A stretch of DNA of 64,000 nucleotides from Spirochaetales bacterium (GTDB lineage Bacteria > Spirochaetota > Spirochaetia > Sphaerochaetales > Sphaerochaetaceae), in NCBI GenBank assembly GCA_017470995.1, contig JAFUXI010000066.1, positions 5,129 to 69,128 on the forward strand. Direction: 5' to 3'. This document shows, piece by piece, positions 15,920-24,669 of the stretch; positions within the stretch are counted from its first letter, which is position 1; each line of letters opens with the position of its first letter. The notes below the pieces were generated by a model, which saw only the letters and a list, made by a program, of their open reading frames with translations, made no database searches and had not been told where the DNA came from. The position numbers were made by a program, and so were the translations under genes.

Positions 15920-17260
15920 ATGGTTATTCTGACGCTGAACTGCGGAAGTTCATCCGCCAAGTATCAGGTATATGACTGGGACCAGAAAGACGTCCTGGCT
16001 GTGGGAGTCGTAGAGAGAATCGGTCTTGAGTACTCGACAATCGAGCACAAGGCTACAGGCAAGGACGAGTTCGAGGACAAGTTCACCTGCCCTACACATA
16101 AAGAGGCCATTGAGCTCATCATAAAGCTCATCACAGACAAGACTTACGGAGTAATCAAGGATGTCTCCGAGATCGGTGCCGTAGGCCACAGGGTCCTGCA
16201 CGGCGGCGAGATCTTCAAGAAGAGTGCGCTGGTGACCGACGAGGTCGTCGAGCAGCTGAAGACCATCATCCCCCTCGGACCGCTCCACATGCCCGCCAAC
16301 ATCATGGGAATCGAGGCAGCCAGAAAGGTCATGCCGAACGTCCCGCACGCAATCGTCATGGACACCGCTTTCCATCAGACCATGCCGCCCGAGGCATACA
16401 TGTACGCAGTACCTTACGAGTGGTATGAGAAGTTCAACGTCAGACGCTACGGCTTCCACGGAACCAGCCACCTCTACTGCGCAAAGAGAGCCGCTGTTCT
16501 TCTCGGCAAGGAAAACAAGGATACCAACGTCATCATCTGCCACATCGGAAACGGCGCATCGGTAAGCGCAGTAAAGAACGGCATCTGTATCGATACCTCA
16601 ATGGGACTGACCCCGCTCGAGGGCCTTGTCATGGGAACAAGAAGCGGAGACATGGACCCCGCGATCATGCCCTACATCATGAACAACACCGGTATGACAG
16701 CCAAGGAAATGGATACCGCACTGAACAAGAAGAGCGGTCTTCTGGGAATCTGCGGAATGAGCGATCGCCGCGATGTCGAGAACGCAGCAGATGCCGGCGA
16801 TGAGAGGGCAAAACTCGGAATGCTGATGGAATGCCACCGCATCCGCAAGTATATCGGTGCATATGCAGCCCTTCTCGGAAGGGTAGATGCCATTGTTTTC
16901 ACAGCCGGTGTCGGTGAGATGGGTCCCAGGATCCGCTACCTGTCAACCTGTGGTCTTGAGAACTTCGGCATCAAGATCGATGCCGCAAAGAACGACATCC
17001 TCAAGTGCCGCAATGCAGAGTTCGAAATCTCTGCCGACGACTCGCCGGTCAAGATCTTCGTCATCCCGACAGATGAGGAGCTGGTCATCACGGAGGATGC
17101 AGTTGCACTGATGAACGGAACATATGACATCCACACCAACTTCCACTACAGTTTCGAAGATCCAAACTATGTGAACAAGGGACGCGAGAGAGGCCTTGTG
17201 AAGAACCTTCAGAAGAAGCCTGAGATAGCTGCTCTGATTGCAAAGCCGAAAAAAAAGTGA
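15920..17260 (+). CDS. ackA: acetate kinase (with about 45-aa C-terminal extension)
   Basis: Start at ATG 15920 after GGAGG. Contains [34 protein letters not shown] and [10 protein letters not shown]. Confidence 0.95.
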   Translation: MVILTLNCGSSSAKYQVYDWDQKDVLAVGVVERIGLEYSTIEHKATGKDEFEDKFTCPTHKEAIELIIKLITDKTYGVIKDVSEIGAVGHRVLHGGEIFKKSALVTDEVVEQLKTIIPLGPLHMPANIMGIEAARKVMPNVPHAIVMDTAFHQTMPPEAYMYAVPYEWYEKFNVRRYGFHGTSHLYCAKRAAVLLGKENKDTNVIICHIGNGASVSAVKNGICIDTSMGLTPLEGLVMGTRSGDMDPAIMPYIMNNTGMTAKEMDTALNKKSGLLGICGMSDRRDVENAADAGDERAKLGMLMECHRIRKYIGAYAALLGRVDAIVFTAGVGEMGPRIRYLSTCGLENFGIKIDAAKNDILKCRNAEFEISADDSPVKIFVIPTDEELVITEDAVALMNGTYDIHTNFHYSFEDPNYVNKGRERGLVKNLQKKPEIAALIAKPKKK

Positions 17261-17304
17261 AGTTTTTACAAATACTTTGAGACAAAGGATTTGAAACCTA
17301 AGGA

Positions 17305-17331
17305 CTGGGTGTGTCGAGCACCCGGTTTTTT
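17305..17331 (+). terminator. rho-independent terminator of ackA
   Basis: CTGGGTG-loop-CACCCGG stem followed by a T6 run. Confidence 0.8.
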
Positions 17332-17361
17332 AATAGAAAAAGCAGTTTTTCCGTTATAGGT
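17328..17361 (+). other. 34-nt conserved element, copy 2 (upstream of the secreted-protein gene)
   Basis: TTTTAATAGAAAAAGCAGTTTTTCCGTTATAGGT matches 12177-12210 at 26 of 34 positions. Confidence 0.6.
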
Positions 17362-18652
17362 GGATATGAAGAGAAAAACCATCATATCCACCCTTTTCTT
17401 TCTGTTTCTTGCCCTCTGGCCGGTCGGAGCCTCATCCGGAGACAACAACCTTGTCCTGACCTACAGCCAAAAGACACGCTCCAGGGATCTGGAAGTCAGG
17501 CTCAACAGCCCGAATATTGCCTACCGGATGACAATCAGGCAGAACCTCGACGGTTCCTTTACCCTGCTCTCTCCGCCGTTTCTGTGCGCAGAGATAGACA
17601 GACTCAGGATCGGAGAGCTCAAGGATACCGGACTTCTGTCACTGATGCTCGATCCGATGGGCGCTTCAACAGACAACGAAGCATTCCGAAAAGGAAGAGT
17701 CTTCAGCCGTATCGGAAGCCCGTCCCTGAATCCGAAGCTCTCCGGAGCGGCGCTGAACCTTGAGAATCTGAACCTGTTTGCCTTCAGTCCCGTGCTCAAT
17801 CCGCGCTCGCCGTCAGGCTTCGGTCTGATTGCAGGCAACAGCGAGGTCTTTGCCGGCATTCTTTTTGCCACGCAGAACCGGATTCTGGTCAGGCAATCTG
17901 CAGACCGGATGCAGGTGAACTGGAGGCAGCTGGGAATCGGAAAAAACATGATCTTCTCCCTCATCGGAGCCGCCAGCAGTGCCAGGCTGCTTGGCATTGA
18001 TATCCGCAGCCGCATATTCCTGCAGAATGCATTCGATACGCTCCTAGGCGGTGGCACAACGCTGGGGTTGAGCCTTGAAGCCCAGACAAATCTCCTCCCG
18101 ATTACAATAAATCTCAGCCACAGAATCGGAGGCTTCGGAGTAAAGCTCAATCGCCTTACAGATGACTCGAGCCCAAAGGACAGCTTCCGAGCCGCATTCA
18201 GGGCAGAAAGCACCGAAATCAAGGATCTGGGCATGGAAATCGAATATGTAAGCGATACTTACGAACTTCCGGTCTACGGCGGCAGCAGCCAGAAACGCCG
18301 TCTTTACTACAATCTTCAGGCATTCTGGCGCAAGAACAGCCTCAAAATCAGAAACAGCACCAGCTTCGACCAGGACCGCGGGAAGGTTCAGCAAACGGAA
18401 TATATCGTTGTTATAAAAGAACTTGGAGCAGAACTGGAAGCCTCATTCATACTCAACCGCCCTCTCGGGTCCCCGAGCTTCACAAGCGGAGGCAGACTGA
18501 AGTTCAAAGCAGACCACGCCACGCTTGAGGTCGATGATAAGAAAGTACTCCTTACTATGGGTTGGAGCGTACGAAGAGATGGTTATGAGCTTGAGTTCTC
18601 GATAGATCAGGACCGGCGCATTACCGCAAGCCTGAGCTTCAGGGGCCTTTAG
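17360..18652 (+). CDS. hypothetical secreted protein, possible outer-membrane beta-rich protein
   Basis: Signal peptide (ISTLFFLFLALWPVGASS) followed by alternating-polarity beta-like segments. No recognisable motif. Start is GTG 17360 or ATG 17366. Confidence 0.6.
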   Translation: MDMKRKTIISTLFFLFLALWPVGASSGDNNLVLTYSQKTRSRDLEVRLNSPNIAYRMTIRQNLDGSFTLLSPPFLCAEIDRLRIGELKDTGLLSLMLDPMGASTDNEAFRKGRVFSRIGSPSLNPKLSGAALNLENLNLFAFSPVLNPRSPSGFGLIAGNSEVFAGILFATQNRILVRQSADRMQVNWRQLGIGKNMIFSLIGAASSARLLGIDIRSRIFLQNAFDTLLGGGTTLGLSLEAQTNLLPITINLSHRIGGFGVKLNRLTDDSSPKDSFRAAFRAESTEIKDLGMEIEYVSDTYELPVYGGSSQKRRLYYNLQAFWRKNSLKIRNSTSFDQDRGKVQQTEYIVVIKELGAELEASFILNRPLGSPSFTSGGRLKFKADHATLEVDDKKVLLTMGWSVRRDGYELEFSIDQDRRITASLSFRGL

Positions 18653-20160
18653 AAGTTCCTCATGTTGTTGGTCGGGAACTTCGGCTCGCTGGTGACGTTG
18701 ATACCGAGCTTGCGCAGTCCCGTGGAATCCCCCGCACTCGGGATGTGGCTCATGTGGCTCTCGCATCCGCGAAGCTTGGGCAGCATCGAGAGGGCCTTCT
18801 TGGCATTCTCGTCCATGGTGGCGGCCATAGCCAGGCAGATGAGGGTCTCGTCCAGATTCAGGCTGATTCCCCTTCCGCGCAGGCTGTCGCGCTTCATGGC
18901 ATAGACGCTGTCTAAGACCTGATGCGGAATCAGATCCACATCCTTGCCGATGCCTGCGAGAACCTTCAGGGAATTCAGCACGAGGGCGCTGGAAGCGTGC
19001 ATCAGAGGCGAGTTGTGGGCCGTCACGAAACGCTCGTCATTGAGCTGGATGGCAGCAGCACATGCAATTCCGTCCTTGCTCTTTCCGCGTGCGATGGCAT
19101 CGTCAAGAGCTGCCTGGGCGACTCTGACGGTGGGTCTGTCCTCGCAGACAAGGCCTGCCTTGGACATGATGTCGTAGCTTCTCTGTACTGTTTCCTTGGT
19201 GCCGATTCCCTGGGCATACTCACAGGCAGAACGATAGTATCTTCTTATGATCTCTTGATTTGCTGCTTCACGGACCACAGAATCGTCGCTGATTCCGAAG
19301 CCTAGGCGGTTGACGCCCATGTCTGTAGGCGAGTTGTAGGTCAGCGATCCGCCAGAGATCTTGTCCAGAATCCTCTTCAGAAGCGGGAAAGCCTCCATGT
19401 CGCGGTTGTAGTTGACCGCAATCTTGCCCGTGGCAGCCACATAGTAGTGGTCGATCTGGTTGTAGTCGCCGATGTCCGCGGTTGCCGCCTCATAGGCGAT
19501 GTTCACAGGATGGTCGATGCACAGATTCCAGATCGGGAAGCTCTCGAACTTGGCATAGCCGGATTTGCGGCCGTCGCGGAAATCGTGGTAGATCTGGGAC
19601 AGACAGGTTGCAAGCTTTCCGCTTCCAGGGCCGGGAGCGGTTACGATGACGACAGAGGCATCGGTCTCGATGTAGGGATTGCTGCCGTAGCCCTCGTCGC
19701 TGACGACCATGTCGACGTTGTCGGGATAACCCATGATCGGACGATGGAAGTAGACCTTCACACCGCGGCGTGTAAGCATGTCGGCGAAGTTGTTGACGCT
19801 CTTCTCGCCGTTGTAGCGGGTAACGACAACCTTGTTGGCCTTGATTCCCCAGGCTGCGAAGTCATCGATCATCTTGAAGACGTCCGTATCGTATGAGATT
19901 CCGAAATCGGATCTCATCTTGCGGTGTTCGATGTCTCCGGCATGGATGCAGATGATGACGTCAAGATCATCCTTGAAGGACTGGAAAACCTTCATCTTGT
20001 CATTTGTATCGAATCCGGGAAGCACGCGGGCTGCGTGGTAATCGAACAGGAGCTTTCCACCGCATTCGATGTAGAGCTTACCCTCGATCATGGCTTTCCT
20101 TTCAAGGATATATTGTTTCTGCTCCTCAAGATACCTTTCGTTGTTGAACCCAATCTTCAT
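18649..20160 (-). CDS. DUF1846 (UPF0371) family protein
   Basis: Start trimmed to ATG 20160 (RBS GAGGA). MKIGFNNERYLEEQ...KLYIECGGKLLFDYHAARVLPGF is typical of UPF0371. Confidence 0.8.
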   Translation of the reverse strand: MKIGFNNERYLEEQKQYILERKAMIEGKLYIECGGKLLFDYHAARVLPGFDTNDKMKVFQSFKDDLDVIICIHAGDIEHRKMRSDFGISYDTDVFKMIDDFAAWGIKANKVVVTRYNGEKSVNNFADMLTRRGVKVYFHRPIMGYPDNVDMVVSDEGYGSNPYIETDASVVIVTAPGPGSGKLATCLSQIYHDFRDGRKSGYAKFESFPIWNLCIDHPVNIAYEAATADIGDYNQIDHYYVAATGKIAVNYNRDMEAFPLLKRILDKISGGSLTYNSPTDMGVNRLGFGISDDSVVREAANQEIIRRYYRSACEYAQGIGTKETVQRSYDIMSKAGLVCEDRPTVRVAQAALDDAIARGKSKDGIACAAAIQLNDERFVTAHNSPLMHASSALVLNSLKVLAGIGKDVDLIPHQVLDSVYAMKRDSLRGRGISLNLDETLICLAMAATMDENAKKALSMLPKLRGCESHMSHIPSAGDSTGLRKLGINVTSEPKFPTNNMRNF

Positions 20161-20167
20161 ATAATCC

Positions 20168-20731
20168 TCACTTAACAAGCATGCCTGCTTTCACGCTCTG
20201 ACTGACGCTCTCACCGAAAAGGGCCTCCGAGATTGCAAGGCCGAACTCCAGGGCTGTTCCGGGGCCTGCGCTGGTGATTACGTTGCCGTCTTTCACCACT
20301 CTTTCCCCGTTGAATCCGAGATGGGAGTACTTTTCCTCACAACCGGGATAGCAAGTGCATTTTCTGCCGTCGAGAATCCCTGTGGGAGCCAGCACGAAAG
20401 CCGGCGAGGCGCAGATGGCGCACACAAGATCCCCGCGCTTGTAAGTATCAAGGACCAGGGTGTTGACCATCTCGCTCTTATGGAGATTCAGGGCGCCGGG
20501 CATTCCGCCGGGAAGCACGATGGCATCGAACCTGTCTTCCCTGACATCCAGAAGTTCCACATCGCAGCGGATCCAGACATCATGGGCACCACGCACGAGA
20601 TTGCCTCTCTCGGGCTTGAGACCTGCCACCGTAACGGCAGCGCCGCTTCTTCTGAGGACATCGATCGGGGACAGAGCCTCGACCTCCTCGAAACCGTCTG
20701 CCAAAATAACCAGAACCTTCTTCTCAGCCAT
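20168..20731 (-). CDS. DJ-1/PfpI family protein
   Basis: KVLVILADGFEEVEA and the nucleophile-elbow motif VCAICASP. Confidence 0.85.
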   Translation of the reverse strand: MAEKKVLVILADGFEEVEALSPIDVLRRSGAAVTVAGLKPERGNLVRGAHDVWIRCDVELLDVREDRFDAIVLPGGMPGALNLHKSEMVNTLVLDTYKRGDLVCAICASPAFVLAPTGILDGRKCTCYPGCEEKYSHLGFNGERVVKDGNVITSAGPGTALEFGLAISEALFGESVSQSVKAGMLVK

Positions 20732-20751
20732 ATTACCCTGCCCCCTTGTCC

Positions 20752-22134
20752 TTAGAAATCCGCCTGCTTAGCTGCTCTGGGATAAGGAATTACGTCGCGG
20801 ATGTTCTGCATTCCGGTGACATACTGCACGGCTCTCTCAAATCCGAGTCCGAAGCCTGCATGCGGCACCGAGCCGTACTTGCGGAGCTCCAGATACCACC
20901 AGTAGTCCTTCTCGTCCAGACCGAGCTCAGCCATCCTGGCCTTGAGCACGTCGAGGCGGGACTCTCTCTCGGAACCTCCGATGATCTCTCCGAGTCTCGG
21001 AGCAAGGACATCCATGGCGCGGACGGTCTTTCCGTCCTCGTTGAGCTTCATGTAGAAAGCCTTGATCTCCTTCGGGTAGTCGGTGACGATCACGGGGCGC
21101 TTCGCAACTTCCTCGGTGAGGAACCTCTCATGCTCGGTCTGAAGGTCGCAGCCCCAGAACGGCTTGAAGTCGAAGCGGTCGGATGCCTTCTCGAGCTCCT
21201 TTACTGCATCGGTGTAAGTCATGTGTGCAAAAGGACTTTCGACAACATGAAGAAGAGTATCCTTGACGCCGGGTTCAACGAACTTGGAGAAGAAATCCAT
21301 GTCCTCCTGACAGTTGTCGAGAACATACTTGAAGACATACTTCAAAAAATCCTCGGCCACCTTCATGTCGCCCTCGAGCGTGCAGAAGCTCATCTCCGGC
21401 TCGATCATCCAGAACTCTGCAAGATGTCTCTTGGTGTTGGAGTTCTCGGCTCTGAAGGTCGGTCCGAAGGTGTAGATGTTCTTCAGCGCAGTGGCGTATG
21501 TCTCGCCCTCCAGCTGTCCGCTGACGGTCAGGCTGGTGCGCTTTCCAAAGAAATCCTTGGAGTAATCGATCTTTCCGTCCTCGGTCCTGGGGATGTTGTC
21601 CAGATCCAGTGTGGTTACCTGGAACATCTGGCCTGCACCCTCGGCGTCGCTGGCGGTGATAAGCGGAGTGTTGACGTAGTAGAAGCCGTTCTCCTGGAAG
21701 AAGCGGTGCACGGCATAGGCCATGGTGCTTCTGACCCTCTGTACGGCTCCGATTGTGTTGGTCCTTGCCCTGAGGTGTCCGATTTCCCTGAGGTACTCGA
21801 GCGTATGTCTTTTCTTCTGAAGAGGATAGTCAAGCGGACAGTCCCCGACCAGAGTAATTTCTGAAGCCTGGAGCTCGACCTTCTGGTCGCCGCCCATGGA
21901 GGCAACGAGCTTTCCCTCGCAGATTACCGAGCATCCGGTGGTGATGGAATTGAGGAGATTATTGTCCAGAACCGCCCGATCTGCCACGACCTGAAGCCCC
22001 TTGAGGCAGCTTCCGTCATTGACATCGATGAATGTAACAGTCTTGCTGTCACGCTTCGTTCTGACCCAACCTTCGATCCTAATGGTTTCGGGTCCCGGTT
22101 CCATTGTCTTGATTTTGCTGATTAATTCTGCCAT
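20752..22134 (-). CDS. asnS: asparagine--tRNA ligase
   Basis: Class IIb synthetase with an N-terminal OB fold. Contains FRAENSNT and the C-terminal GFGLGFERAVQYVTGMQNIRDVIPYPR. Confidence 0.95.
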   Translation of the reverse strand: MAELISKIKTMEPGPETIRIEGWVRTKRDSKTVTFIDVNDGSCLKGLQVVADRAVLDNNLLNSITTGCSVICEGKLVASMGGDQKVELQASEITLVGDCPLDYPLQKKRHTLEYLREIGHLRARTNTIGAVQRVRSTMAYAVHRFFQENGFYYVNTPLITASDAEGAGQMFQVTTLDLDNIPRTEDGKIDYSKDFFGKRTSLTVSGQLEGETYATALKNIYTFGPTFRAENSNTKRHLAEFWMIEPEMSFCTLEGDMKVAEDFLKYVFKYVLDNCQEDMDFFSKFVEPGVKDTLLHVVESPFAHMTYTDAVKELEKASDRFDFKPFWGCDLQTEHERFLTEEVAKRPVIVTDYPKEIKAFYMKLNEDGKTVRAMDVLAPRLGEIIGGSERESRLDVLKARMAELGLDEKDYWWYLELRKYGSVPHAGFGLGFERAVQYVTGMQNIRDVIPYPRAAKQADF

Positions 22135-22252
22135 ATAGCAATCTCCTCTAATGAAGAAGAATGATATTTACATGATTAAGAATAGTCAATAATGATAGAA
22201 AAGAAGGCTTGGCATTCAAGAGGAATTCAATTATACCGAATTAGGATTTGTA

Positions 22253-23017
22253 TCAGTCTAATTCGTAGAAATAGCAGGCTCCACGCTCGCAGACATGGGC
22301 ATTGAACTGCATCGTGGACTCCTGCACCAGTTCGACGCAGTTGTTGTTGTCCGACAGATGGATCAGGTGCACGGGCTTCCTGCTCGAGTCGAATCCCGCA
22401 TCCAGCAGAAAGGACCTGGCCTGGTCGTTGGACAGGTGTCCGCGCTCTCCGGCCACCCTTCTCTGCAGCACCAACGGGTACGGCCCGTGGCGGAGCATCT
22501 GGACATCGTAGTTGGACTCGAGGAAAAGGACATCCGCCCTGCGGGCATATTCGACCATCTCCTGGCTGTAGACCCCTGTGTCGGTCACGATCACAAAGCA
22601 TTTGTTGTCAACCGAGATGCTGTAGCCGCAGCTTCCCGGACTGTCGTGGCTTGTATAGAAGCACCTGACGCAGAATGGTCCGACCTGTACATCTGTTCCG
22701 GGCTCGATAGTCCTCTGGCACTCGGGAGCGATGTTCAGGGCAAAGTACTCGGTGCGCCCGTGCTCATAGCAGCGCCTTGAGACATAGACGGGTCTTCCGG
22801 TTCTTCTGGCAAATGTGCCCGCGCTGTGGGCATGGTCGGGATGAAGGTGCGTCAGGAAAAGAGCCTGCACCGTATCCAGGGTAAAGCCGCCCTGCTCCAT
22901 CCTAAGCAGCATCTGCTTGAACGAGTAGCCGCAGTCCACTAGGATGGACTGACCTTCACAAGAGAAGATGTAACCGTTGCCGCAACTTCCCGAACCAAGG
23001 ATTGAATACCTGACCAC
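22253..23017 (-). CDS. MBL-fold metallo-hydrolase
   Basis: SILGSGSCGNG and the metal-binding motif LTHLHPDHA. Confidence 0.8.
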   Translation of the reverse strand: MVRYSILGSGSCGNGYIFSCEGQSILVDCGYSFKQMLLRMEQGGFTLDTVQALFLTHLHPDHAHSAGTFARRTGRPVYVSRRCYEHGRTEYFALNIAPECQRTIEPGTDVQVGPFCVRCFYTSHDSPGSCGYSISVDNKCFVIVTDTGVYSQEMVEYARRADVLFLESNYDVQMLRHGPYPLVLQRRVAGERGHLSNDQARSFLLDAGFDSSRKPVHLIHLSDNNNCVELVQESTMQFNAHVCERGACYFYELD

Positions 23018-23030
23018 TTCTGCCCCCGAA

Positions 23031-23061
23031 TACGAAGAAAGGCACCCGAAACGGATGCCTT
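23031..23061 (-). terminator. hairpin after the tRNA
   Basis: AAGGCATCCG-TTT-CGGGTGCCTT (one mismatch) followed by TTCTTCG on the minus strand. Confidence 0.5.
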
Positions 23062-23067
23062 ACTGTT

Positions 23068-23140
23068 TAGCGGCGAAGGGCCACGATCCCCTGACCGATC
23101 GGATATGAGCCGATTGCTCTACCAGCTGAGCTACGCCGCC
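23068..23140 (-). tRNA. tRNA with CAU anticodon (elongator Met or Ile2/lysidine type); CCA not encoded
   Basis: The reverse complement GGCGGCGTAGCTCAGCTGGTAGAGCAATCGGCTCATATCCGATCGGTCAGGGGATCGTGGCCCTTCGCCGCTA folds into a 73-nt cloverleaf. Acceptor stem 7 bp, D-arm GCTC/GAGC, anticodon stem ATCGG/CCGAT with loop CTCATAT, T-stem AGGGG/CCCTT. Confidence 0.8.
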
Positions 23141-23246
23141 AAGACTTTGACTTTATAGAACATTTGGACAAAAAGAACAATACCCCAAAGGGTACTTTTT
23201 TGAAAATCGGATGATGAGTGACCTCTTACGCGGGAATATGCCCGGC

Positions 23247-23684
23247 TCAGTGCTCCTCGGAAATGATGCGCATGGAGACTATCTGCGACCCGTCCAGGAT
23301 GAAGGCCACGCAGGAGAGCGTAAAGCGCACGTTCACGCCTACCGTTCCGTCTGCGTTGAAATACGGGACGGAGAAAATCATTTCCTGACTCGGGAGGTTC
23401 TCGGAGAACCACGAGCCGAACAGTTTCACAAGCGAAGACCTGACGCTTTCGTGGAGGTAGGTTTCAGTCCATTCGAAGGAATAAGGCTCCCTGAAGGCCT
23501 TGGCAAGAAGGCTGACCGCCTCGCAGCTGTCATCATCTCCGATCTGGCCCAGAACCGAGTCTGAAGGCAGAATTGCAGTCGAGCCGTGCAGGGCCGGAAG
23601 CGCCGAACGTATTTCGGCTGCAGGCAGGATCGATGAGACCAGAATCAGCATGAGAACGGCAACGATGGCCCTTCTTTTCTTCAT
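23247..23684 (-). CDS. hypothetical secreted protein
   Basis: Start trimmed to ATG 23684 (MKKRRAIVAVLMLILVSSILPAAE signal peptide). No recognisable motif. Confidence 0.5.
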   Translation of the reverse strand: MKKRRAIVAVLMLILVSSILPAAEIRSALPALHGSTAILPSDSVLGQIGDDDSCEAVSLLAKAFREPYSFEWTETYLHESVRSSLVKLFGSWFSENLPSQEMIFSVPYFNADGTVGVNVRFTLSCVAFILDGSQIVSMRIISEEH

Positions 23685-23757
23685 GCCTCTATTGTCCTTC
23701 AAAAAAGCCGTTTGCTCAACAGTTTTCAAACACAGTGTTTTAGATTATGATAGGACT

Positions 23758-24552
23758 ATGAAGGAAGCCAGAACAAGCGAATACGATAGCTCAAAACTCT
23801 CATATACCAACATAATCGAAGGCAATATGATGCCATGGGTCATGCGTTTCATTAAAGACGTCGGCAAAGGCATCAACGATTTCGACATGATCCGGGACGG
23901 CGAGGACATCCTTCTGGGCGTCTCCGGCGGAAAGGATTCGCTTGCATTGGCAATGGCCCTTTCCATCCGTCGCAAATGGCTTCCGATAACCTATAGGCTC
24001 CACGGCATAATGATCAACTGGATAGATCATCCGATCGACGAATCCTACAGGCCCCGCCTCAAGAAGTATTTCGAGGACCTGGACATCGATTTCGAGATCA
24101 TCGACGAGCCCCAGTTCCCGACCACCTTGCCGGAGGACTACAACTGCTACATCTGCGCACGCAACCGCAGGCGAATTCTATTCGAAATCGCAAACAAGCG
24201 CGGCTTCAGGCAGATAGCGCTGGGCCATCATCTGGACGATCTTGTGGAGACCAGCATGATGAATCTGTTCTTCAGAGGCGAGTTCGCCACCATGAATCCC
24301 ATCCAGGAGTTCTTCGAAGGGGATCTCTATGTCATACGGCCGATGATCGAAATCCATGAGAACACCCTTATCCGTCTTGCCCAGACCTACGATCTGCCGG
24401 TGATCAAACCGGTATGTCCCTATGACCAGACCAACATCAGGTCCAAGCTCAAACCGCTGGTCAGGGAGCTCTCTCATATGGACAGATTCGCACGCGAGCA
24501 TGTAATGCACGCCCACAATCTGGACTGCAGAATCAAGAGGAATACTGACTAA
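23758..24552 (+). CDS. TtcA-like PP-loop ATP pyrophosphatase (tRNA thiolation family)
   Basis: Start trimmed to ATG 23758. PP-loop LLGVSGGKDSLA and CxxC motif (CYICARNRR). Confidence 0.8.
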   Translation: MKEARTSEYDSSKLSYTNIIEGNMMPWVMRFIKDVGKGINDFDMIRDGEDILLGVSGGKDSLALAMALSIRRKWLPITYRLHGIMINWIDHPIDESYRPRLKKYFEDLDIDFEIIDEPQFPTTLPEDYNCYICARNRRRILFEIANKRGFRQIALGHHLDDLVETSMMNLFFRGEFATMNPIQEFFEGDLYVIRPMIEIHENTLIRLAQTYDLPVIKPVCPYDQTNIRSKLKPLVRELSHMDRFAREHVMHAHNLDCRIKRNTD

Positions 24553-24669
24553 CTTCAGTTTACCTGCAATTTACGTCCAATTAGAACCGAAAACTCATTG
24601 CTACATTCTCGAAATACAGATAATATAATACTGATATATAGTATTCAGTTAACACCTGAAGGAGTGCTT

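Noticed and set aside
23184-23203. TACCC-CAAA-GGGTA hairpin followed by a T-run on the plus strand, upstream of the tRNA
   Set aside because: It is probably the weak terminator of the minus-strand gene ending at 23247, overlapping the tRNA promoter region (TTGTTC-17 nt-TATAAA on the minus strand). It is too short and ambiguous to call as a separate feature.
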